Source: Eledone cirrhosa (taxonomy: Eukaryota). From it: a stretch of 64,000 bases of DNA. The position numbers and the translations under genes were made by a program. Of this stretch, positions 29,195 through 48,560 are shown in pieces. The notes beneath the pieces were generated by a model. That model was not told the DNA's origin. It saw nothing but the letters and a program-made list of their open reading frames with translations, and made no database searches. Numbering within the stretch: the stretch's first letter is position 1; each line of letters starts with the position of its first letter. The stretch is taken from positions 185,442,001 to 185,506,000 of the forward strand of contig OZ024741.1 of NCBI GenBank assembly GCA_964016885.1. The letters run 5' to 3'.

Positions 29195-29300
29195 GTATGT
29201 ATGTATGTATATATTTATGTTCTTCTAGTTTTATAATTTCACAATTTTTTGCCAATAGAGAGAGAGTCAGTTTCTAGCAGAGATACAAGACTCTCCCATT
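29195..29300 (-). mobile_element. 3' end of the R4/Dong-like LINE family
   Basis: Reverse-complement match to 60360-60450, ending in (TATG)n. Confidence 0.8.
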
Positions 29301-29304
29301 AAGT

Positions 29305-32435
<3,131 letters not shown>

Positions 32436-32439
32436 TATA

Positions 32440-32507
<68 letters not shown>

Positions 32508-32511
<4 letters not shown>

Positions 32512-32759
32512 TGTTAAAACAATCAAATATTAGTTCAATACATGTATTTGCTGACAATTGTTTCTTCCAGAGGGATGTCTGGAATCATCGTAGCATAGTG
32601 TTTTAATATAGGAGTTCGTATATAGATGTATATGATGGTTGTAACTCACATGGAATTCTCTTAGTCTGAGAAGTAATTTTTTTGAGTTGTGTATAGTTTA
32701 TAGGTATGTTTGGTAAAGGTAAATTCCACCGAATTACAGGCTATGTTGTTATAGTAAGC

Positions 32760-32764
<5 letters not shown>
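32508..32764 (-). mobile_element. Family H terminal repeat, inverted copy of 30385-30650, hammerhead at 32549-32595 (core ACGAUGA)
   Basis: About 255-bp reverse-complement match. Confidence 0.85.
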
Positions 32765-32809
<45 letters not shown>

Positions 32810-32811
32810 TG

Positions 32812-33894
<1,083 letters not shown>

Positions 33895-34012
33895 TATATA
33901 CATATATATATATTAATATTGCTAACAAAAGTTTATTGAACCGTATGACAACCATTAATACACCTTACTATATAACAACTATATATATATATATATATAG
34001 TTAAAAGAATAG

Positions 34013-34254
<242 letters not shown>

Positions 34255-34767
34255 ATGTGAGTTTGGTTGCTTGAGGATGTCAATAGTTTTTGGTTATTTG
34301 GTTGTTTGAAGATATCCAAAGAAAAACGAGTGTATATAATAATGTGTAGTTAGGAAAACTTACTTTTGAGGCACGTGTATTTGTATATATTTTTTCCTTA
34401 TGTGAGTGAGCCTTTGGTTATTTGAAGATATCAAAGTAGCGTATATATAGATATGTATTCTCTTTTATGGATGTGAGATTTGGTTATTTGGTTGTTTGAG
34501 GTTGTTAAATGTGTTTGGTTGTTTGGGTGATTGAAGATATTAAGAGAAAAACGAGTGTGTATAAGTTAAGAAAACGTACTTACGAGTTGGTAGGAAATGA
34601 ACGGTGTCACAAATATATATAAATATATACGTTCGGTCAGATAGTCTTTAAAGCTGTGTAGCTTGCTACTGACTTAGTAGAGAGCAATAGAAACAGGTCT
34701 GTTAACTTCAACAGTCCACTTATATATATCAGATATATATACATATATATATATATTTATATATATA

Positions 34768-34976
34768 TAGGAAAAAGTATGACCCCGACGGCAGAGATCA
34801 AGCCGTTTCGACGGCTATTTCTGGACTGGTCCAATACTAAGTCCAGACATAGCAGTCGGAACGGCTTGAGCTCTAACTTCGGGGTCATACTTTTTCCTAT
34901 TTCCCACTCTACTATCATAAGTATTCAGTACTCTGGTGCGTTATGTTCCATCTGGTTCCTTACCACAATTCCTTTG

Positions 34977-34978
<2 letters not shown>
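34768..34978. mobile_element. Family A fold-back element
   Basis: Short minus arm, locus-specific spacer, long plus arm, (TA)n flanks. Confidence 0.8.
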
Positions 34979-35024
<46 letters not shown>

Positions 35025-35487
35025 ATAAGGGTTGACGGACCCAGCATATTTATCAATGCCAGTACCGGTTGTATCTCAGTGCACTCAATGGGCAATGTAA
35101 GATACATTACCAGAGTATACACATAGTTATTTGCCTCAACACAACACACGTAAAACGGGTGCCTATAGGGTTCCCGGACTCGAGTTTCTGCAGCACTAAT
35201 GCAGCAGTAAGGTACACTGCACCATCTGTCTGCATATATTATACAACAATGCACAATCGGCTTATGCGGCTTCATCAGAGGGTATCGCCTAATCAATAAC
35301 CAATTGATCGACATAATCCAAACAACGGCCCGTGCCGGACATGACTGTTTGTGACAACCGACACGGTAAAGTGATTAACTGGCAACCGATAGGACTCTAT
35401 CTCTCAACTAGCCACTGATTTACAAATTTTCCGTTGGGTCGGGAAGCTAAAAAGAATCAATCTATTAGGTGAAAAGATGGCTATTAG

Positions 35488-35579
<92 letters not shown>

Positions 35580-35837
35580 ATATATATATACCAAATTGAC
35601 GGTTAAGTATTTCTTCTTGATTTTATTTTGAGTTAAGTTTCTATTGATTTTTTCCTCAGCTTACACAAAGTCTGAGGATGAAATTTTTCTTCTTGACTTG
35701 TTTTGAATTAAGATTGAATTATTTATCCCATATCTTACGTTAAAAAATGTTCATCTTGATGCTATAGTCACTTATATGTCTGAATTATTGTCGGCTTTTT
35801 GCTTACATTAATTTCTCTATTTTCATTTATATATATG

Positions 35838-35868
<31 letters not shown>

Positions 35869-36072
35869 CTAGGAGAAAGCATGACCCCGACGGCAGGGCT
35901 CAAGCTCTTTCGATGGCTATTTCTGAACTAAAGTAAGCGTTTTTTTACACTAAAAAACTCTTACTTTAGTCCAGAAATAGCTGTCGAAACGGCCTGAGCT
36001 CTGCCGTCAGGGTCATACTTTCTCCTATTACCCACTCTACTACCCTAAGTATTGAGTGCTCTGGTGCGTTAT
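35869..36072. mobile_element. Family A fold-back element
   Basis: Family match with longer spacer. Confidence 0.8.
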
Positions 36073-36383
36073 GATATAACGGTGTATTTCTTTATATTGT
36101 TTATAACTCCCTATGGTAGAGTAACCATTGAAGTGCAGTGACTGCTGGAAAGCTATTATTACTTATACTTCTCGCCATCCTAACCATCTCTTCTACGGCT
36201 TTGATATAAATACCGCCGCCGCCTTTTGTGGTATTTTTTTCTTGTAAGAGGCTTGTGGTATTTTTTTCTTGTAAGAGGCTTAGCTCTGTTTCTTCACCGC
36301 TATGTCACGTGAATGACACCCCACCGCCTTTCGGGATTCTATCTCGCGTCCTACGGATGTGTTTTGAAACTCTTAATGGGGTA

Positions 36384-36477
36384 TCCTCTTGATAAGTCGG
36401 CAAACCTCACAAAAATTACTATATCTCTGTGATGTAGTGTTTTTGCATAATATGCCACGAAACTACGTAGTCGAGGA
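36384..36477 (+). ncRNA. Hammerhead motif, U3-A8 core variant, long stem II
   Basis: tcctc-TTGATAA-gtcggca...tgccac-GAAAC-tacgta-GTC-gagga. Confidence 0.75.
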
Positions 36478-36545
36478 GTAGTGAAGGAAATTGGGTATGG
36501 TATATCTTATTAATTATATCTAATGTTTCTTCTTTCTTTATAATG

Positions 36546-36709
<164 letters not shown>

Positions 36710-36744
36710 ATGTATGTATATATATATATTTTTTTTTTTTAAAT

Positions 36745-36964
36745 AAAGGTGTGACACACGAGTTGTGATATATTAGTAAAAGGGCAAAGAAAATGGTGAC
36801 ATTTTTTTCCCAATGAAAAATAGTTTAATTAGGAATAAGTATAAATTAGTAATAAGTATTGGTTAGTATTCAGTTTTAGTTTTAAGTTTTAACCGGTTGC
36901 GCATTTCTAATGTTTTTCAAAAATGATTTTTTGATAGAGCGCACGTGATGTTTGCTCTAATCTG
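36745..36964. mobile_element. Family C element without the SINE (empty site)
   Basis: Colinear with 821-928 plus 1122-1230. Confidence 0.8.
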
Positions 36965-36966
36965 TA

Positions 36967-37082
<116 letters not shown>

Positions 37083-37244
37083 GCGATGAAATACCAACGA
37101 AGACTGGATGATCACTGATGAGGGACTAATTTTATTCATATGTAACCCATTTTCAACCATGCAGCACGCCATTTTTTCATATATATATATATAATAAGGA
37201 AAGGAACAAGAACCATAACAGAATCGGAGATAAATTCATATACT

Positions 37245-37440
37245 AAGTATATCTGAAAAATACAGAGTCAGGTTCGATCTATAATATGCCTTGCCTCGAG
37301 CTGATCGATAGTGAAACATATGTAGTATGTTATTAAATATGTTATGATGCAACTCTGAATCCTTTTAGTATTATACTCGGCTCTGCGCAAACATCGTGTG
37401 CTCAACCGGCATACCACCTACGGACGCATTTTTCATGCAA
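37245..37440 (+). mobile_element. Family Y fragment with degenerate hammerhead
   Basis: CTGAAAA...cagagtcagg...cctcgagctg...GAAAC-atat-GTA; tail gtgctcaaccggcataccacctacggacgc. Confidence 0.55.
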
Positions 37441-37457
37441 CAATACAACTATATATG

Positions 37458-37557
<100 letters not shown>

Positions 37558-37566
37558 TACATATAT

Positions 37567-38013
<447 letters not shown>

Positions 38014-38880
38014 TAATGTCATATATATAGAGGAACTCAGGAGAGTCAGCGGCCATCGAATATATTATTTTGTGTGTAGCGATTGATTCCTAGGCTTCCT
38101 TAAGGCAGCTCTCTATGAGTAGGTAATATAAAACCTACGCTTTCTCTTGCATCCAATGATGTCGACCAGTTCTACGTTTTGGGTAAATGCATACGATGTT
38201 CATAGAGTGGGATTGGCCGTGCAAAGCCTTTAAATATTTAAAAAAGCTTCAAGCACAGGCATTGCTTGATATGTGACACTTTTGCTATGCATGCCATTGC
38301 TGGCCATAGGAAAGTCCGTAGCAGGATTAAAAGCCACGTCCGTGATGCTGAGGCTTCAGTATCAAGGGATCGTCTTACTCGAAATTGTGTTGAAGCCATC
38401 ACATATATATATATGTGAATACATGTGTGCTTGTGTTTGTTGTGTATGTGAGTGTGTATCTGTGCATGCGTGTGTGTTTGAGTGTGCGTGCTCGTGTGTG
38501 CTTGCGTGTGTATAAAAGGAATAAAATCTATGGTTTTCTTTTACATTTGACACTATACTAACATTATAACGTACCTCAACAATACGAAGATAAAAATACA
38601 ACAATAAAGTTATCTAAGAATAACATTGAGCATAATCTAAGAAATGTCAGTTTATAGACACGGTGAGATTAAGGTCAATAAATTATAAATAAAGCAATCA
38701 GGAACTAAAGATGTCCCTTGATCGATGCGTTAAATAAAGTAGAGAGCAATATATCTCTGAACGAAATGGCGAGAACTTCTGAACATATAGAATTGCAATG
38801 AGAAGATAACCAAAATGTAAGAATTAAAAATAAAACCATTCACACGGTGACAAGTAAATAAATATATATACGTATGTATG

Positions 38881-38913
<33 letters not shown>

Positions 38914-39014
38914 ACGTATATATACACATGTATTTATATATAGAGAGAGAGTGAGAGAGAGAGAGATACATACATCGATACTACATACATACAATCTCTC
39001 TCACAGACACACAG

Positions 39015-39098
<84 letters not shown>

Positions 39099-39283
39099 AG
39101 ATACATTTCCACCTAAACCGTCTTAACAAAAAAAAAAAAAATCCTCGAATACAGGAACAACAAAATAGTGACAGAATAAAAGAAAACAAAAACAGTAAAA
39201 TGAAAGAGGAGAATCGGTCAGTCTCGCTGATCAGATTGTTTCAGACAAGAGAAAGTCCAGAAAAGTCCGATGGAAAATAGGAT

Positions 39284-39474
39284 TTACTTGATCCTGAAAA
39301 ATGACGCCTTTGACCTGTTCACTCCAGGAGTGTTCGGTGGTGATGACGTGGACGTGCAGTAGTGGTGACATAATGATGATGTGGTTTTACGGTGAAAGTG
39401 ACGCGGAGGTGACGCGAATTGTGATCTGGTGGTGGATTTTAATAAAACGTATTTATTGAAGACTTTTGTTATAT
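39284..39474 (-). other. Candidate host coding exon (unidentified)
   Basis: Unique CpG-retaining island; after an AG, an open frame ITKVFNKYVLLKSTTRSQFASPPRHFHRKTTSSLCHHYCTSTSSPPNTPGVNRSKASFFRIK-stop; acceptor context is A-rich and weak. Confidence 0.25.
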
Positions 39475-39905
39475 CTAATGGTTTTTTTTTTTTTTGTTGG
39501 GTGAGTGGGGTGTGGTGGTGGTGGTGGTGGTGGAGGGGGTGGGGTGGGTGGGAGTGAAAAGATGGGTTATATGTAATTTTTGTGATGTCCGTAAACGCAA
39601 ATGGATTAGATATTGATAATAGAGATATCGATTACAATTATAAGGAATATGTAGATGATGATAATATTTATTATTATTATTAAGATGGTGATGATGATGA
39701 TGATGATTTTTATTTTGATGATGGTTGAAGGTGATGGAGTAGAAATGTACAGCAAGGTTTTTGTATAAAGATAGATGCAGGAGGTTTGCGAAAAAGGACA
39801 GCAAGCAAAATTAAATGAATATTAAACGACTAGATAACAGATGAGTATGTATGCATCCATATATGTACCTATGTATGTATACATACTGACATGCATACAT
39901 AAACA

Positions 39906-39979
<74 letters not shown>

Positions 39980-40211
39980 TTATATGAATCAAAGTTCTGT
40001 TCAAATCATTTATATCCTTACAATTGTTTCTTCCAAACCGAGGTTTATATATAACTGCTCTGTAAAACAACTGATGTTATTACATTGAGCTATTTATCTT
40101 ACTGGTAATAAGGTAGTAATATATTACTGCCTATCACTATTTAGGGTTTGAAAAAATATATATAACTACAAAAGGTTTTTGTATATGCAAAACCATAAAT
40201 AGTATCCTTAA

Positions 40212-40297
<86 letters not shown>

Positions 40298-40841
40298 ATA
40301 GAGAAATTAATGTGAGCAAGAAGCCAAAAGTAATTCATACATATAAGTGATTATTACGTCAAGATGGAAAATATTTAACGTAAGATATGGGAAAATAATT
40401 CAATCTCAATTCAAAAAAAAAGTCAAGACAGAAATTTTATCCACAGATTTGGTGTAATCCAGGGAAAAAACCAATAGAATCTTAACTCAGAATAAAATTA
40501 AGAGTAAATACTTATCCTTCAATTTGGAAAAATCTACAAATGCTCTATATAGTCTTAAAAAGACTATTTGACGAAACTTTTTAGTGGGGTTAGTCACGGT
40601 CGGCATCGTTCATCAGTAGAGCTCAACACGATAACTAAGAATCACAGCTAAAATAAATAGAAATCAAAGAAAGCCTATATACTCATATATATATATATGT
40701 ATGTACTCATATATATATGTATGCATGTACGTATGTGTATATATATATATATATATGCAATGGTTATATATAATTTGTTGGGATTCAACAAGCTTTTTAT
40801 AACTGATATAAAGCACTCAACAGTTTAGTGGAGGAAATATT

Positions 40842-41168
40842 CAATATATTAATAAATGGAAACTATATTTATAAAACCATAATTATTATATATACTTCAA
40901 GGGCAACCAAGGCAGATTATGGTGCGCTTTCATCAGATAAAATACAGATTTTCTTATAAATAACGTTTGAAGTTCCCTAGATAGTCCCTGGATAGAGTAT
41001 CCAGGGAACCGTTAAGGTTGTCTTTTTTCCGGGTATGTCAATATTTATTTATGAAACAAATCTGTATTTTATCTGATGAAAGCGCACCATAATTTGCCTT
41101 GGTTGCCCTTGAAATATATATAATAAAATAATTATGGTTTTATAAATATAGTTTCCATTTATTAATAT

Positions 41169-41172
<4 letters not shown>
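40842..41172. mobile_element. Fold-back element next to (TA)n
   Basis: Inverted arms about 40842-40960 and 41047-41172. Confidence 0.75.
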
Positions 41173-41223
<51 letters not shown>

Positions 41224-41238
41224 ATGTATGTATGAACG

Positions 41239-41278
<40 letters not shown>

Positions 41279-42189
41279 CATATATAAAGAGCATACACAC
41301 ACACAATGTGCAAGAGGCTCGATTATAGTTTAAACCTACAATAAATTCGAAGAATAAACGTTAATATAAAAAATAAAATAAAACTGAATATAATAAGATC
41401 TTAAAACGGAATACTTCACCCTACCTACTCTCTCTTACACACTACACCGCAAACATGCATATATACATAAATACATGCATGCGCATATATAGACACACAC
41501 ACACACACACACACAACACACATACACATATATATATATATATACATTCAAGCGCTAAAACACCCACTACACATACGCTTACGCATGCATGCGAACACTC
41601 ATATATCTAACAATATATGCATCTGTTGGCTTCACGAACGCCGTCTTCCGGGGTTCTTTGTCAATGTACATTAAACGTCACCATTCATTGGTTCCGCATA
41701 TTTCAGATAGAATTTAAGAAGCTGTCACTATAGATTACAACATTCACTGGCTATTGTCCATCTCAGACCAAGCATAATGCACGCCATTCTTAAGAGTTGC
41801 TATTAACAAACTAACGCTTCACTTTGATAGTATTATTCTTATGATTTATTACGGTTGTTGTTGCTGTTGTTGTTTCTTTACTGGCCTTGCGTTCTTTCTA
41901 TAGAAGTAACTGTTGGGGATTGGGGATTTTTAACCCCAAGTCAATCATGATTGAGCAGATCTCTATTAAGTGATTATTTCACATTCCTTTTCATGCATAT
42001 TATATTTAGAAGTACATTTTGTAATTAAATTAAAGTGTCCCGAATGATGTATGCAAAAACAACATTGATTAATAGAAATTACCCATTTAGTTGGATAGAG
42101 AAAACAAAAACCTAGCGGCAATTCCTAACGAATTTCAAAGAAAGGGGGAGATGATTTCAAGAAATTAATAATTAATCTAACTACTCTAA

Positions 42190-42797
42190 TTTACGAGTTC
42201 AAATCCCGCCGAGGTTAACTTTGCCTTTCATCCTTAGGGGGTCGATAAAATAAAGTACCAGTAATGTACTGAGTAATTGCTGGCCTTGTGCCAAAAGGAG
42301 AAACGATTATTATTGTTATTATTATTATTATTGTTAGAGTGGTGGATTGGCAGTATCGGTGGAGAGTCGGACAACATGCTTTGTGGCATAGAGTTACTGC
42401 ACTTTATGATCTGAGTTCAAATCCCGCCGAGGTTAACTTTGCCTTTCATCTTTACGGGGTCGATAAAATAAAGGACCAGTCACGCACTGGAGAAGATTCA
42501 ATCGACTTAGCCCTCTCCAAGAATTGCTGGCCTTGTGCCTAAATAAGAATCAATTATTATTGTTATTATTATTATTGTTAGGTTGGTAGATTAGCAGTAT
42601 CGGTAGAGCGTCGGACAACATCCTTTGTGGCATAGATTTACGGCTCTTTACATTCTGAGTTCAAATCCCGCCGAGGTTAGCTTTGCCTTTCATCCTTACA
42701 TGGTCGATAAAATAAAGTACCAGTAATGCACTGTGGTCGATTTAATCAATTTCCCCTCTCCCCAAATTGCTGGCCTTGTGCCTAATTCAGAAATCAT
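42190..42797 (+). mobile_element. Three head-to-tail main SINE copies
   Basis: About 42190-42310, 42337-42555, 42580-42797, separated by (TTA)n tails. Confidence 0.9.
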
Positions 42798-43541
42798 TAT
42801 TATTATCATTGTTGTTATTGTTGGTGTTGTTGGTGTTGTTGTTGTTATTGTTGAGCCTCTGGATAAGTGGTACTATTGGTGGAATAACTTCATTGTTTTC
42901 TAACGTGTTTTTATAACATTTTTGTCTGGATATTATATATCGTTGTGTAGCTAAACCAATCATCTTCTTAGGAAGCTTGTTGGTTTCCATATATCTGTAG
43001 CCTTTAGGAGCTAAGATTTTGCGTCTTTTAACGAACACGTCTCTCATATTTTTAAAATAGTAATAGACACTAAAATGAAAAGATGGCAAACCATAAGATG
43101 GAATAGCCTTAGTTAAACAATGACAAGAGCAGTATTAGCCACAACAGCAGCAGTAGCAGAAATAACAGTTACAACAACTCTGCACGGGGTAATTATGAAG
43201 CTAAATTTCCGATTTTTAAAATGTTAACACTGCAGTCACATTCTCAAAACTCAATAAACACAACAATAAAACAACATTTAACTCTTTCCTAATTTGTCGA
43301 GTTTACCCTTTCTCTTAGACTTGAAGATTACTTCTCTGAGAGATTTCTTCCATTGAGATATTCAGGGATTAGAGGTTAATAAACGTTGTTTAATATTAAA
43401 CTACTGCTTAAGTAGTTGAGCTGTGCAAGACGGTCTTTAGGCATCTAATTCTAGCGACATTATAAACCTGGCAAATAGTTTTAATATTCTAGGAGATTTG
43501 AGAACGTAACAGTACGCGTGATTTATTATTTCACCATGGTG

Positions 43542-43720
43542 AGGGCGGTGGATTGGCAGTATGGGTAGAAGGTCGGACCCCATGCTTTGCTGCATAGAGT
43601 TACGGACCTTTATGATCTGAGTTCAAATTCTGGCGAGGTTAACTTTGTCTTATATCCTTACTGGGTCGATAAAATAAAATACCAGTCACGCACTGGCCTT
43701 GTGCCTATATAAGAAACCAT
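43542..43720 (+). mobile_element. Main SINE
   Basis: Family match; flanking repeat ttatttcaccatg. Confidence 0.88.
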
Positions 43721-44021
43721 TATTTCACCATGCTGCCTCGGCTAAGGAAACAGTATGTAATATATCTGCTCCATTTCTTTTAGATTTGAAGAATTAAACT
43801 CAACTGAAGAGTGCAGCGGATTATTCCATTATCGGTTCCAATAATTCTTCTCCATACGAAACCACCGTAAGGAGAATCTATATATAAGCGAAATTAGATA
43901 GAATACCTTTTTTTTGTATTTGTTTTTTTTTGTACTTTTTTTTTGTCTATCATGTTTGTACTGCCAGAATTAGAGTTTTTTCCTATTTCAATTTTAATAT
44001 ATATATGTATCTATGTGTGTA

Positions 44022-44098
<77 letters not shown>

Positions 44099-44134
44099 AA
44101 GACGATTTGTTGTGTCTCCATTACGTGCATTGAA

Positions 44135-44211
44135 AGGTGACGAGCGTTTCGCTATTGATCAGCTCAATGTTCGATCTGGCCCGACTCTGGAATCAAAAGC
44201 TCGCCGGACCT
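44135..44211 (-). ncRNA. Degenerate hammerhead motif (family X/Y)
   Basis: aggt-CCGGCGA-gcttttgat...atcaatagc-GAAAC-gctc-GTC-acct; A6 lost. Confidence 0.5.
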
Positions 44212-44267
44212 CTGCTGTGGTAATGACAGAATCCTGGATACTCATATATATATATATATATATATAC

Positions 44268-44810
44268 AAGTGGAAGCTTAGTAAAATCGAAGCTTTGGCT
44301 GCGACCAAGCAAAGCGACCTACAATTAGGAATGAGTAGCAAAGCACTCGATAAGGTCGGGCCTTAGAGTAATAACATACGTTTAAGACAGCTTGACAACT
44401 TGAAAATTGCGGCAGGCAAAACCCAGCTATACAATACCAAAACAACGAAAAAACTAATCAGGTTAGACAATAGACGAGGACAAATCGAATGATATTCTGT
44501 AATACGTCCGATATGTTACTATGAAATCCGAAATCATCACTCCAGCTTACGTAACACGTAAGCTTGTGGTATTCGATGATCAAACAGGGTACTCACGCCA
44601 GCGAAAGGTATTTCGTTCTATGCCTCAAGCCGGTGTGAACTGCAACCCTGGACGACAGCTACAATAGACAGCATTCAGTATTTGGTTGTCACGTGTTAAT
44701 TACAACAAGGGCAAATTCAAAGTGTAAATAAAGGAAAATATTTCCGCTCAACATTCTGACATAGCTCTCGACTAGACGTTATTAAACAAACATAAATAAT
44801 TAACCAATAT
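44268..44810. mobile_element. Family Z unclassified interspersed repeat between TA tracts
   Basis: Colinear diverged match to 55178-55725. Confidence 0.7.
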
Positions 44811-44928
44811 ACATATATATGAGTCCAGAAGTAGCCGTCCCAACGGCTGGAGCTCTGCCGTCGGGCTCTTGAACAATTTCATATATATATATATATGTAT
44901 ATTTATATATATATATGTGCGTGTGTAT

Positions 44929-44966
<38 letters not shown>

Positions 44967-44967
44967 G

Positions 44968-45019
<52 letters not shown>

Positions 45020-45149
45020 TACATATATATATTGTTCTTCTTCTTCTTCTTCTTGCTGGTACTCAAAGAGTACGATCCCAAAACATCATCGTGTTTTTAT
45101 ACTTACACATATACATATAAATATATATATATAAATATATATATGTATA

Positions 45150-45234
<85 letters not shown>

Positions 45235-45286
45235 GACGTAAAATAAGAAAATTTTAAAAATAAAAAATCAACTTACTAAAATGTTC

Positions 45287-45368
45287 ACTCCAACTAATTA
45301 GTTTCTGTAAGGGCATAAATATAGTTACGTAAGATAACTATAGAGAATTCCTTACGTCATCAGGGAGT
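45287..45368 (-). ncRNA. Type-I hammerhead motif (canonical core), long stem II
   Basis: actcc-CTGATGA-...-GAAAC-taatta-GTT-ggagt. Confidence 0.75.
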
Positions 45369-45637
45369 CTATTCTCAGCTAAGTTCCCAGGCAATGCGCG
45401 GACACTAGGAACCCATATAAAAATAATAATTCAGTGGATGGAACAGAGCTAGCGGGGACTAAATTCCAAAGCACTGAAAAAATTCACTGCCTCTCTGGTC
45501 AGTGGCAGATTCTAAAGGATCAATCACGTGACACTGAGGTTAATCAGTGAGGAGTGGGGTGGTATTATGACAATAGCCTACTACTTTATATGTGTTCCTA
45601 GTGTCCGCGCATTGCCTGGAAACTTAGCTGAGAATAG

Positions 45638-45719
45638 ACTCCCTGATGACGTAGGGAATTATCTATAGTTATGTTACGTAACTATATTTATCCCCTCATA
45701 GAAACTAATTAGTTGGAGT
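45638..45719 (+). ncRNA. Type-I hammerhead motif (canonical core), long stem II
   Basis: actcc-CTGATGA-cgtagggaatt...cccctcata-GAAAC-taatta-GTT-ggagt; palindromic stem III AACTAATTAGTT. Confidence 0.75.
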
Positions 45720-45891
45720 GAAAATTTTAGTAAGTAAGTTGATTTTTAATTTTTAAAATTTTCTTATTTTACGTCTTTCATATAATTGTTCTGCATCCCC
45801 CTGCATAGAACCACAAAGGTACTAAGACATAACATATATATTTGCTAGCATGAGTATACATCTGTATACATATGTTGGTAGATATACTAAT

Positions 45892-45927
<36 letters not shown>

Positions 45928-45928
45928 C

Positions 45929-46067
<139 letters not shown>

Positions 46068-46217
46068 TATATATACATATATAAACAGATATACATAAAA
46101 CGTACAACCATTACCCGGGTGGTTCAATGTATAAATCAGAGCACTATAAAATCATAAACGGGAGAAATATAGTAAATAATTCTGAATTTATATGTATATA
46201 TATATATAGATAGATAG

Positions 46218-46580
46218 ACCTGAGTTCAAATACCGCCGAGGTTAACTTTGCCTTTCATCCTTACGGGGTGGTCGATAAAATAAAGTACCAGTCACGCACT
46301 GGTGTCGATTTAACCGACTTTCCCCTCACCCCAAATTGCTGGCCTTCTGCCTATATAAGAAATCATTATCTAAATCAAATTTAGATAATGTGTTGGTGGT
46401 TTGGCAGTATCGGTAGAGGGTCGGACGCCATGTTTGCAGCAATGGGTTACGGCCCTTTATTATCTGTGTTCAAATCCTGCCGAGTTTAACTTTGCATTTC
46501 ATCCTTACGGGGTCGATAAAATAAAGTACCACTAATGCACCGGGATAATTGCTAGCCTTGTGCCGAAAGTAGAAACGATT
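46218..46580 (+). mobile_element. Two main SINE copies
   Basis: Family match; repeat attatctaaatcaaattt flanks the second copy. Confidence 0.88.
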
Positions 46581-47071
46581 ATCTAAATCAAATTTCATCA
46601 ATAATCTTTCTATGTACTTATGGAGGCATGGTTATATGTTTAAGCAGTTTGCTTCACACCCACATTGTTTTGGATTTAGTTTCGATGTGCAACACCTAGG
46701 TAAAGTAAGCACTGCTATAACTTCAGGTCGACCAGCAGCTTGTGGTTGAAATTCTTTTGTCTATACGTGTGTTCGTATCTTTGTTTGCGTTTCTGTCTGT
46801 GTTTCACTGTCATAACACAGGGGATCGACGGAAAGGGGGTCGATAAAATTTACTAAGCTTGTAAAAGTAATTTCTAGGATGGTAATGATTGACAAGAATC
46901 CTTTTAAGTTCGTTTATAATATATTATATTATACTTGACCACCCTTGACCCGTTGTGTCACGTTCAATTCAAAATATGTTTTTAAAATCATGTTCACTTA
47001 AAAATAATTTTTAAATAATTAAAATATACACAGACATGTATATAATATGAAATGAAACCAAACAGCCTATA

Positions 47072-47171
<100 letters not shown>

Positions 47172-47899
47172 CATATATTTATGTGTGTGTATATATATGT
47201 TGGTATCTGTGATCTATATACACTGGTTATAGACGCACACACACACATATATATATATATATACACACACTCACGTATATATATATACACAACAACACCG
47301 CTAACTCTCTCCCACTTCCATTCTCCTCTCCCTCTCTCTATGTCTCTCTTTGGATCTACTCTCCCACAACCACTATCTCTTTCTCTCTCTGTTTATGAAG
47401 ATACCCGGAAAAAACTCATATCACGGGAACCCGTGCTTCGATTTACGTGTTTTGTTCCATTTGTATTCCCATTTCATGGTCAACTTCCTTTCAAAGTATT
47501 TTTCCATTATGCTCCCTTTTGGCTGTATTACATTACAGCAAGCAATCACAGACCTTTAGTAATATATAGATTATATTATATTACATCAGATGATAAGTGT
47601 CATGAATAATATTATAATGCATGATAACATATTCACCGACAATTATATTCTATCTTATTATATGATTATATAAGGAGACGTCTATGCTAACATATAACAA
47701 CATATTGTGCTATAGTTTATGATACATTGGGAGATATGTAAATGAGAATAATAAACCGGTATAATAAGAATAAGTTATACAATGGTGGAAGTGGGATAAG
47801 GTAAATTATGACTGACAATACAAAAACAATAGTTTTTACTATAGAACCTCTTTAGCATATAAATAATGAAGAACAATGAAGCAATTCTTCGTTATTTAA

Positions 47900-48560
47900 T
47901 TGATCGTTGTTGTGAAGGTGACATGCGCACACCGGTCATGATATCCAGTCGGCTGCATGTAGCTCGGATCTGTTTATAATACTTAATTTACTTCTATGGA
48001 CAAGAAGAGCCGCTTTGATCCGCAAATTAGATATGTTCCTCGCAGTGGCTTCTCTCCCGATGTCAATATCTCGAGTAAATCATTATTTTTTTTCTTTTGA
48101 CAGACATCACACTTGTGTTCGTATGTTCTTTGATCCGTATCTGTATTTACTGGACACTTATCTAACGTATGAACCATCACATTCTCTGCAGATGATCTTG
48201 TATACCACATATGATCTCATGTTGCTTTGGAAAGCCGGTTCAATGTGAATCGGAAATATGATGGTCAAACATAAAGTCGTACGTCGTATTCAAGTTCAAC
48301 ATTGTTATTTCTATTCGCAATGTACTGGCATTGTCAATACACATAACGTTTATCTTATTGCAGCTGTTTACACACAAGACTGGGTCTGAGACAGGGTCTC
48401 ACACAAGACAGGGTCTGAGAAACTCCATGTTTTATTCAGGCATGATGTAATGAGAATTATTTTCTTCTTTCTTTAATGATTTTGAAAGCGATTTTGCAAC
48501 TATTTCTAGCATCTTGCAGGTCTAGTTGCAATATGTCTGCTTTAATCACAGCTTCCTTAA
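47900..48560 (-). mobile_element. Decayed PLE GIY-YIG region
   Basis: About 48214-48120 minus: SYVVYKIICRECDGSYVR, then RIKEH after a frameshift; boundaries approximate. Confidence 0.6.

Larger units (their letters stand above)
45231..45780. mobile_element. Fold-back element with about 190-bp arms and two hammerheads
   Basis: Arms about 45231-45421 and 45585-45780; (TA)n on the left. Confidence 0.85.

Noticed and set aside
37115-37135. CTGATGA near 37115 (also 12783 and 40610 minus)
   Set aside because: No downstream GAAA, stem III and stem I closure found
41073-41092. CTGATGAAAGCGCAC as a hammerhead
   Set aside because: Core and GAAA overlap with no stem II and no UH site
42787-43089. 100-aa minus ORF ending in (AAC)n
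   Set aside because: Possibly a LINE 3' end, but no diagnostic motif; not supportable as a gene
47983-48210. ORF with KCDVC and GEKPL resembling a C2H2 zinc finger
   Set aside because: No histidine pair; another frame gives the GIY-YIG motif VVYKIICRECDGSYV
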